Positions 30,589 to 37,650 of a stretch of 64,000 nt of DNA are shown piece by piece. Both the position numbers and the translations under genes were made by a program. The notes under the pieces were generated by a model, which worked only from the letters and a program-made list of their open reading frames with translations, did no database searches and was not told where the DNA came from. Within the stretch, counting starts at the first letter, position 1, and each line of letters opens with the position of its first letter. Source of the DNA: an uncultured Candidatus Saccharibacteria bacterium (GTDB taxonomy: Bacteria > Patescibacteriota > Minisyncoccia > Phycocordibacterales > Zambryskibacteraceae); NCBI GenBank assembly GCA_964618905.1, contig CAZUDK010000001.1, positions 13,982-77,981 on the forward strand. The letters run 5' to 3'.

Positions 30589-30760
30589 AGGTGAACCCTG
30601 TCCTTACTGTGGCGCAAAAGTCGTGAGAGCTGTACCGAGGCAAAAAGCACGAGGTCATCGTGCCTACTACTACGAATGGTATCTCCGATGCTCCAACGTG
30701 AGGTGTCCAAAGGGATACAAAGACATGCCCAATGAGGCACGTCGCAATTGGGACGAATAA
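30560..30760 (+). CDS. Small zinc-ribbon protein
   Basis: CPYC...CSNVRC. Confidence 0.6.
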   Translation: MSETRKKPSEGEPCPYCGAKVVRAVPRQKARGHRAYYYEWYLRCSNVRCPKGYKDMPNEARRNWDE

Positions 30761-31170
30761 CTTTCGGTGCGAATTATTCCTCATGGAGAGGGCATCCCCC
30801 GCCGAAGAAAAGGGTCGAAAACCAAAACTCCCACCACCAATTTCTACTTTCCACAAAAACTACACGACATAGACAAGGCAACACTCATTGAGTTCATTCT
30901 GCATAACGGAGCATAACCCAGGTATTACCTGTCGTAGTCGTGTGAGAGGAGAAAAGTACCGTCCACGTGGATACCGAGCAGGTTGAAGCGTGGAAATAAA
31001 AACAGCCCTCGTGGGGCAATTGCACTAAATGGTTCTTTGATGAAGTTCAAATGAATCAAACGAGAACTTCAACTAACAAATGAATCATAGCAAAGTGTCT
31101 CACTTTGGGTCAAGTGGATAAAACACACATATTCAAATCATTGTATTGCACTAAAGAACCAAAAGCAGAT

Positions 31171-31377
31171 ATGAACGACGAAATGAAAAACCAAAGCGGG
31201 CGGGCGGCAACGATAAGTGTAAGTGCTGTTGCTGCCGACCTCGGTGTATCACGCGCAACGGTGTTGCGTTGGATTCGTGCAGAAAAAATCCAGGGCTTCT
31301 TCCGAATAGGAACGAAGTGGCTCATCCGTCGAGAGGATTATGAGCATTTTATCAACCGTCAGATAGGCGAAAAGTAA
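31171..31377 (+). CDS. Excisionase-like HTH protein
   Basis: SVSAVAADLGVSRATVLRWIRAEKIQGFFRIGTKWLI. Confidence 0.85.
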   Translation: MNDEMKNQSGRAATISVSAVAADLGVSRATVLRWIRAEKIQGFFRIGTKWLIRREDYEHFINRQIGEK

Positions 31378-31379
31378 CT

Positions 31380-31607
31380 ATGAACAACAAACAAGACAAC
31401 AATGAAGATAAGAAGGATTGGTTAGGACAACTTGTCTTCTGGCTCACTATCGGTGTTCTCGTGTTTAGCATCACAACTTTGCTTGGCTATCTCAATGAGC
31501 ATGTTGATTTTGAGGTGACATCGAGCAATGTCGGCTTTGTGGAGTTTTCTATCTTGGTAGCATTGGTCGTTCTTTTGACTCTTGGCGGATTGTTCAGGAA
31601 AAAATAA
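31380..31607 (+). CDS. Small two-TM membrane protein
   Basis: Two hydrophobic segments; tightly packed between HTH and Xer-like genes. Confidence 0.65.
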   Translation: MNNKQDNNEDKKDWLGQLVFWLTIGVLVFSITTLLGYLNEHVDFEVTSSNVGFVEFSILVALVVLLTLGGLFRKK

Positions 31608-31609
31608 CC

Positions 31610-32515
31610 ATGAATAAACTCATCACACAATTTGTACACTACCTTTCAGCCGAGCGTAACTTCTCGGAACGTACGGTTCGTGCGTATGAGTTAGATTTGC
31701 AGAAGTTTGTTGAGTTTTTGGAATCTCGCAACACTACAGACATTTCAGAAGTTGCTCGTGATGACATTCGCGCTTTTCTTTCAGAACTAACTAAAAACGG
31801 AATCAAGAAGCCAAACAGTGCCGTAACTCGTGCTCGCAAGCTCTCCTCAATCAAGTCCTTCTATAAGTATCTTGTTCGTTACGGAGTGCTCGAATCAAAC
31901 CCCGCCGCAGATGTTGAAACACCAAAGCTGCCTCATAAAGAACCGAATTATCTTACTCCCCAAGAATATGATGCGTTGCTTGTAGCAGTACGGCGTGCCG
32001 CAACACCTTTTTACCTTGCGCGTGACCTTGCTATCGTCACCACTTTCCTCAATACAGGTGTTCGTCTATCTGAACTTGTAGGGCTGTCTCTCAATAGCAT
32101 CAATCTCGAATCATCAAATGCTTTTATCAAGGTGCGCGGTAAGGGAGACAAAGAGCGCACCATCCCACTAAACGACAACGTTGCAGCAACACTGCGCAAG
32201 TATGTAGCGAAACGCCCAGAAGTTGATACTAACCAACTGTTCATCAGTAGATTGGGAAAGGGGCTTTGCGCAAGAAGCGTATATCACCTTATCAAGCGCT
32301 ACCTAAAAGAAGCAGGAATCAAGAAAGACCGTATTGGTGTTCACTCACTACGTCATACATTCGGCGCTTCACTCCTCGCAAAGAATGTGAACCTTGTCGT
32401 CATTCAAGAACTTCTGGGGCACAAAAAACTTGAAACAACCCGCAGATACCTTCACATCAACAGCGTTGACCTACGCAATGCGGTTGACCGTTTGGCATTA
32501 GACACACAACCATGA
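31610..32515 (+). CDS. Tyrosine recombinase, XerC/D-like
   Basis: TGVRLSEL, GKGDKER, HSLRH, LGH, TTRRY. Confidence 0.95.
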   Translation: MNKLITQFVHYLSAERNFSERTVRAYELDLQKFVEFLESRNTTDISEVARDDIRAFLSELTKNGIKKPNSAVTRARKLSSIKSFYKYLVRYGVLESNPAADVETPKLPHKEPNYLTPQEYDALLVAVRRAATPFYLARDLAIVTTFLNTGVRLSELVGLSLNSINLESSNAFIKVRGKGDKERTIPLNDNVAATLRKYVAKRPEVDTNQLFISRLGKGLCARSVYHLIKRYLKEAGIKKDRIGVHSLRHTFGASLLAKNVNLVVIQELLGHKKLETTRRYLHINSVDLRNAVDRLALDTQP

Positions 32516-34053
32516 ACACTCCTTCAACAAAACCAAAAGCAATAATCTATATTCGCGTCTCATCGGATGAGCAATATGAGGGCACGAGTCCAGGATTCCA
32601 ACGGAAAGAATGTTTGAGATACTGCGAGCAGAGAGGTTTTGATGTTGTTGCGGAGTTTGAAGAACCAGAATCAGCAAAGGATTTGTCTTTGAATAACCGA
32701 AAAGAATTGTTGCGTTCAATTGAGTTTTGTCGAAAACATAAAAATCAAATCCAAGCGTTTGTGGTATTACGCGTCAACCGCTTTGCTCGTAATACAGAAG
32801 ACCACTTTATTATCCGTAAAAAATTACTCTCTTACGGAACGACCTTGCACTCTGTTACAGAACCTATCGGAAATAAGCCGATTGAGAAACTCGTAGAAAC
32901 AGTTGCAGCTGCTTCTGCTGATTATGAGAATGCCATTCGAAAGCAACAATGCTCCGATGGTATGAGTGAAAAAATCAATCAAGGTATCTATCCTTGGAAA
33001 CCACCATTGGGTTATGCATGCGGTCAGTTCAAAAAACGTGGTCTGAAAAAGACAGAAGCCGATAAGCCAGACACTGTGCGTTTTCGCTTTATTCAACAGC
33101 TCTTGAAAAAATGTCTTGAGGAGAAAATCAAAAGTAATGTCGAACTCGCTAAACTGCAAAAAATTGATGAGATTTTTTCAAACAAGTTTTACGCAGGCAT
33201 TATCGTCAATCCGTTCACAGGTAAAGAGGTTGAGGGAAAACATGAACGAATGATTACGCCAGAAGAGTTCAACCAGATTCAACTTATCCGCAAAGGCAAG
33301 GCGCCAGTCATTATCAAGAAGAAACTAAAAAATCATCCTCATTTTCCACTAACACGGGATATGAAGTGCGTATGTAGTGTGGGCATGAGTGGCAGTCACC
33401 CCCGTGGAAATGGAGGTGTATATTCTTACTACCATTGCCACAACAGGGATTGTCCGCTTTATTGCAAGAACATACCTGCTGATAAAGTGCACTCTGATTT
33501 TCTGGCGTGGCTTGGAGGAGTAACACCAAAGCAAGAGTTTCTCGACCTATTCCGTGAGATTGTGATTGATGTCTGGCGCAACAATACTTCACTGCTTGAA
33601 GATGCTATCAAACAACAACAAAAGGAGCTTGAGGAGCTGCGACAAAAGAAGTTTGAATATGTTGAGCTAATTCGTAAGGGCACTATCAGTGAGGACTTTG
33701 GTAAAGAAGTTATTGAGCAGACAGATAACGAAATTGCAGCAAAACAAATCACTATCCGTGAGAATCACTTGGATAAGCTCGATATCGAAACCGCAGTATC
33801 CTACGCCACCAACTTTATTTCAGACCTTCCACGCACCTGGATGGATTTGGACATTGACGCAAAAAAGCGGTTCCAAAAACTCGTTCTTCCCGAAGGAATC
33901 GTGTACGATAAAAACAACGGATTTGGAACCGCCAAACTGGGCTTTATTTACGAGATGAATCAGCAACTTGTTGCTGAAAAATCAGATTTGGTGGACCCTA
34001 CCGGATTCGAACCGGTGACCTCCTCATTGCAAATGAGGCGCTCTACCAACTAA
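32512..34053 (+). CDS. Large serine recombinase; 3' end runs antisense into tRNA-Ala
   Basis: YIRVSS catalytic motif, NRFARN, PPLGY, zinc ribbon CVC..YYHC..C, coiled coil; tail PTGFEPVT is tRNA antisense. Confidence 0.93.
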   Translation: MNTPSTKPKAIIYIRVSSDEQYEGTSPGFQRKECLRYCEQRGFDVVAEFEEPESAKDLSLNNRKELLRSIEFCRKHKNQIQAFVVLRVNRFARNTEDHFIIRKKLLSYGTTLHSVTEPIGNKPIEKLVETVAAASADYENAIRKQQCSDGMSEKINQGIYPWKPPLGYACGQFKKRGLKKTEADKPDTVRFRFIQQLLKKCLEEKIKSNVELAKLQKIDEIFSNKFYAGIIVNPFTGKEVEGKHERMITPEEFNQIQLIRKGKAPVIIKKKLKNHPHFPLTRDMKCVCSVGMSGSHPRGNGGVYSYYHCHNRDCPLYCKNIPADKVHSDFLAWLGGVTPKQEFLDLFREIVIDVWRNNTSLLEDAIKQQQKELEELRQKKFEYVELIRKGTISEDFGKEVIEQTDNEIAAKQITIRENHLDKLDIETAVSYATNFISDLPRTWMDLDIDAKKRFQKLVLPEGIVYDKNNGFGTAKLGFIYEMNQQLVAEKSDLVDPTGFEPVTSSLQMRRSTN

Positions 34054-34064
34054 GCTAAGGGCCC
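33989..34064 (-). tRNA. tRNA-Ala(TGC)
   Basis: GGGCCCTTAGCTTAGTTGGTAGAGCG CCTCA TT TGC AA TGAGG AGGTCACCGGTTCGAATCCGGTAGGGTCCACCA; G3:U70. Confidence 0.97.
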
Positions 34065-34122
34065 AATAAAAGGAAAGTATAGTAGACAAGCAGGGAAAAA
34101 TCAATCAAAATATCGGCCAATA

Positions 34123-34196
34123 GGGCCTATAGTATAGTAGTAACACACGTCCATGGCATGGACGAGTCCGGGGTGCGATTCCCCGTAGGTCCACCA
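34123..34196 (+). tRNA. tRNA-Ala(GGC)
   Basis: GGGCCTA...CGTCC AT GGC AT GGACG...TAGGTCCACCA; G3:U70, A32-U38, variant T loop TGCGATT. Confidence 0.93.
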
Positions 34197-34231
34197 AACA
34201 ACAAATCCCGCATAAGCGGGATTTGTTGTTT
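34196..34231. terminator. Bidirectional terminator hairpin
   Basis: AAACAACAAATCCCGC-ATAA-GCGGGATTTGTTGTTT between convergent genes. Confidence 0.8.
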
Positions 34232-34237
34232 ACTCAC

Positions 34238-34684
34238 TTACTTCCTCTTGATCAGTCCGAAGGTGTAGGCAAAGAAGCGTTCGATTCCAGAGAGCGCCAA
34301 TAGGAAGAGGACTATCGAGGCTTGTGCGGGCCAGAAGATATAGGAATATGTTGCTGCCAGGGCAAGCCACACGCCAGTGCATGAAGGGCAGTAAAGAAGC
34401 GAACCGATAAAGCCGCGCAAGCCGTGCTCGTAAGGCTCTTCTATTTCCTTGCCATCGCGTTCAATTATTTTCACAAAAGGAGCTCTAACAGAAATCGTTA
34501 CAAATTCGTTAGAAACTATGTTTGCCGCTCTATATACAGCAAGGCCGAAGACTAAGAGCTTCAGAAAAGTCAGACTTTCGAAGACTTCATTAATAGAATC
34601 AACTTTGCCCAACAGATAAACGTTGAGTAAAACAAATACCACCATATCAAGAATCATCCACAGGAACATGCTTTTGTACTTCAT
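34238..34684 (-). CDS. DUF1360-like membrane protein
   Basis: LAVYRAA..V..E.....RAPF, G.LL.CP.CTGVW. Confidence 0.75.
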   Translation of the reverse strand: MKYKSMFLWMILDMVVFVLLNVYLLGKVDSINEVFESLTFLKLLVFGLAVYRAANIVSNEFVTISVRAPFVKIIERDGKEIEEPYEHGLRGFIGSLLYCPSCTGVWLALAATYSYIFWPAQASIVLFLLALSGIERFFAYTFGLIKRK

Positions 34685-34752
34685 CTATTTTGGTTATTAG
34701 CTATGATCTTAGATTCTACATGTTCGCTATTTATGCTGCAATAAGTAGAATT

Positions 34753-35343
34753 ATGATCATGTTCGACTTAGTCTCTTTAATACAGATTGGCGGGTATCTT
34801 GGCCTCTTTATTATTATCTTCGCGGAATCCGGACTTTTCTTTGGCTTCTTTCTGCCGGGCGATAGCCTATTGTTTACGGCCGGATTCCTGGCATCTCAAG
34901 GATACCTCTATATCCCACTGCTTGTTGCTCTGCTTTTTTCAGCGGCTGCTCTTGGCGACACCGCCGGCTATGCCTTCGGCAAATATTACGGACCAAAAAT
35001 ATTTTCCAAAGAAAAATCAACCTTTTTTAATCCTTCGCATATAAAGAAAACCTCCGAGTTCTTTCGCAAATATGGAGTCAAAACCATAATGCTGGCAAGA
35101 TTCATACCTGTCATAAGGACCTTCGCCCCTATTATGGCCGGTGTTGGAGAAATGCCTTACAAGACTTTCATCAAATATAATTTAATTGGGGCCGCTCTTT
35201 GGACTGGCGGTATGACTCTGGCCGGATACTACTTCGGCCAAACGGTTCCCAATGCAGACCAGTACATATGGCTCATCGTTGGAATTATTATTGCAATCTC
35301 TTTTATTCCGCCGATTCGAGAGTATTTAAAAGTGCGAAAATAA
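34753..35343 (+). CDS. DedA family membrane protein
   Basis: FAESGLFFGFFLPGDSLLF.AG, ARFIPVIRTF. Confidence 0.93.
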   Translation: MIMFDLVSLIQIGGYLGLFIIIFAESGLFFGFFLPGDSLLFTAGFLASQGYLYIPLLVALLFSAAALGDTAGYAFGKYYGPKIFSKEKSTFFNPSHIKKTSEFFRKYGVKTIMLARFIPVIRTFAPIMAGVGEMPYKTFIKYNLIGAALWTGGMTLAGYYFGQTVPNADQYIWLIVGIIIAISFIPPIREYLKVRK

Positions 35344-35362
35344 GACAGTACGCAACCGAGTT

Positions 35363-36292
35363 TTACTGTCGTGCAATTTCTATAACATGATCCACAAAAT
35401 CCCGAGCCTGCCAGCCGGCAGCATCGAAAGATTTTTGCATGAGCGAATCTTCAGCAAGGCGCGGCGAAGAAGTGGTATTCAAAAGATAAGTCTTGCCGTT
35501 TGGAGTTACCACAAAATCTGAAACAGAATAATGTCTCATGCCGAGAGCTTGGTGAGCCGACCGAGTGACATCTTCTATCTTCTTTATTGTTTCCTGATTT
35601 AAATTAGAAGAATATTCATAGTTGGCCGCCTTCTTTTCTATAGGCATGAAAGCATATAGATCTTGATCGCGAGCTCTGTCCAGAGCGGCGCATGACACTT
35701 CCCTGCCGCGGATCATCTCTTCCACGACAGCTCTGGAAGAATGTAAAAAAATTTCTTTGAGGATTTTCTCAAATTCCCCATAAGAGCTTGCTTTGCGAGC
35801 TCTTATGGGGCTGTAAAAATCAGCTGGCTTGATTATCACAGGCATCATGTAATTCCTGAATATTTCAATCAGCTTGCCGCTGTCAAAAGACTCTTTAGAA
35901 AGAATCTTATAATTTGGTATGGATATGCCGTTTAGAAAATATGTCTTTCCGGATTCATGCCTATCCGAAGACAAAGCACTGGCGCTTTTATCTGCTCCGG
36001 TGAATGGCACGCCAAGCCCTTCAAGAATTTCTTGAATCTGACCGTCTTCTCCATACGGTCCATGCAAAGCATTCCAAACAATATCAACATGCTTAAGAGA
36101 CTGCGCTGGAGTTCTGACAAGTCCCCAATAGTGCCAATCACCTGACCTTGAAATAAAAATATCAACCGGCTCATATTTCTCCGGCATTTCACTCAAGAGA
36201 GAGAGAACACGACCGCCGGTTGCCAGCGAAGCATCATACTCATGCGAAGGACCGCCGCGTAATACTGCTACTCTTATACGAGAAGATGACAT
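35363..36292 (-). CDS. D-alanine--D-alanine ligase-like ATP-grasp protein, divergent
   Basis: GGPSHEYDASL, NALHGPYGEDG.IQ..LE..GVPFTG; C-terminal catalytic motifs degenerate. Confidence 0.8.
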   Translation of the reverse strand: MSSSRIRVAVLRGGPSHEYDASLATGGRVLSLLSEMPEKYEPVDIFISRSGDWHYWGLVRTPAQSLKHVDIVWNALHGPYGEDGQIQEILEGLGVPFTGADKSASALSSDRHESGKTYFLNGISIPNYKILSKESFDSGKLIEIFRNYMMPVIIKPADFYSPIRARKASSYGEFEKILKEIFLHSSRAVVEEMIRGREVSCAALDRARDQDLYAFMPIEKKAANYEYSSNLNQETIKKIEDVTRSAHQALGMRHYSVSDFVVTPNGKTYLLNTTSSPRLAEDSLMQKSFDAAGWQARDFVDHVIEIARQ

Positions 36293-36309
36293 GCATAAAT
36301 TATACACCA

Positions 36310-36421
36310 GCGAAGCAAAAGTGACTGCCAAAAAGCGTCTCGGAGCGCGACGGCGCGAGAGTCAGGCAGATTTCTAGCAAGAAATACTGCCGTGGTTTTT
36401 GGCGGTCAGCTTTTGCGAAGC
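36310..36421. repeat. Nested inverted-repeat element between uvrC and ddl-like gene
   Basis: GCAAAAGTGACTGCCAAAAA...TTTTTGGCGGTCAGCTTTTGC; inner GGCAG-ATTTCT-AGCA-AGAAAT-A-CTGCC; GCGAAGC at both ends. Confidence 0.65.
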
Positions 36422-36422
36422 G

Positions 36423-37643
36423 TTATATCCGAAATCCTTTCCCGCGCAACCGTCTGTGGTACCCAATAGCAAAGCGATGCGCCTCGGCATTGGCAAGAAG
36501 TATTGCTCTGACATGATTCTTAATATGCATTTTAGAACCGACAACTTCACGAGCTTTATGTCTCTGGTCTTTAACCACTGCAGCAATCCCTATATGGAAA
36601 CCTTCTTTATCTAAAACTTCTTTGGCTGCCGCCATCTGAGCTTTGCCGCCATCTACTACGATAAGATTCGGCATAGGCCATTCTGGATGCGTAAGTCTGC
36701 GGCTTATGACTTCTTTAAGATTGGCTATATCATTGTTCTTATCTGTTTTTATTTTAAATTTTCTGTACTGACTTTTGGCAAGTTCTCCATCTTCCACCAC
36801 AGTCATCACTCCAACTGCGTTCGAGCCGGAAAGATGCGCAATGTCATAAGCTTCAATCCGAAAAGTTATTTCTCCTGCATCTTTTTCTATGTCTTTTTTC
36901 AAGAGAGCAATATCTTGTATATGATCAAGAGAAAATATCTGTCTCTTCACTTTCTCTGCTTCCTCAAATTTTTGTTCTTTAGCCAAAGACTTCATTTCTT
37001 TTTCCAGAGAAGTTATAAGTTTGGTTTTCTTGCCTTCGAAAAATAAGACGAGGTGACGAATAATCTTGTTGTAATCTTTCTTTGATATCCAGCCAGCGCA
37101 CGGACCGGGACAGAGCCCTATCTGAGCATTAAAGCAAGGCCTGCCGGTGAGCTTGCATTTCTCATCTCTGAAAGGAAAGATCTTGCGGATTATCTTGAGA
37201 GCCTCGCGCAACTCGGTACCTTTAGGGAACGGTCCAAATACCCTGCGAGGTTCAACCTTGTAGCCTTTTTCTAATTCCCTGCCCCGCACTAAAAGAACCC
37301 GTGGAAAATCCTCTCGGGTTATAACCACATAGTTGTAGCTCCTGTCATCTTTTTCCTTGGTATTGCCTCGCGGTTTGTACTTGCGAATCTCGTTAGCTTC
37401 AAGAATAAGCGCTTCCAAGACTGAATCTGTTTTTTTATATGCAACCTTCTCTGTTTCGAGGATAACCTTCTCTATGATAGGACCTCTGGTGCGAAAAATA
37501 TTGCCATTAAAATAGCTTCTGACTCTATCTTTGAGGCTTGTAGCCTTGCCTATATAGAGAATCTTGCCTTTTTTATCCAGGAAGTAATACACTCCCGGAG
37601 AATCAGGAATATTAAATTTCTTTAAATCTGTCGAATTCATCAA
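36423..37643 (-). CDS. uvrC: Excinuclease ABC subunit C, short form
   Basis: PGVY...YIGKA..LKDRVRSYF, UVR domain, RIEAYDIAHL, VVDGGK. Confidence 0.92.
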   Translation of the reverse strand: MMNSTDLKKFNIPDSPGVYYFLDKKGKILYIGKATSLKDRVRSYFNGNIFRTRGPIIEKVILETEKVAYKKTDSVLEALILEANEIRKYKPRGNTKEKDDRSYNYVVITREDFPRVLLVRGRELEKGYKVEPRRVFGPFPKGTELREALKIIRKIFPFRDEKCKLTGRPCFNAQIGLCPGPCAGWISKKDYNKIIRHLVLFFEGKKTKLITSLEKEMKSLAKEQKFEEAEKVKRQIFSLDHIQDIALLKKDIEKDAGEITFRIEAYDIAHLSGSNAVGVMTVVEDGELAKSQYRKFKIKTDKNNDIANLKEVISRRLTHPEWPMPNLIVVDGGKAQMAAAKEVLDKEGFHIGIAAVVKDQRHKAREVVGSKMHIKNHVRAILLANAEAHRFAIGYHRRLRGKGFRI

Positions 37644-37650
37644 TTTCTAA

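Larger units (their letters stand above)
20306..33996. mobile_element. Integrative element (about 13.7 kb) inserted at 3' end of tRNA-Ala(TGC)
   Basis: Direct repeat TTGGTGGAC at 20306-20314 and 33988-33996; serine and tyrosine recombinases; Xis-like HTHs; R-M cargo; sharp tetranucleotide shift at both ends. Confidence 0.9.

Noticed and set aside
20306-33996. Prophage or ICE
   Set aside because: No capsid, large terminase, relaxase or T4SS genes recognised.
34123-34196. tRNA-Ala(GGC) as a pseudogene because of its TGCGA T loop
   Set aside because: Stems, G3:U70 and CCA are intact and a terminator follows.
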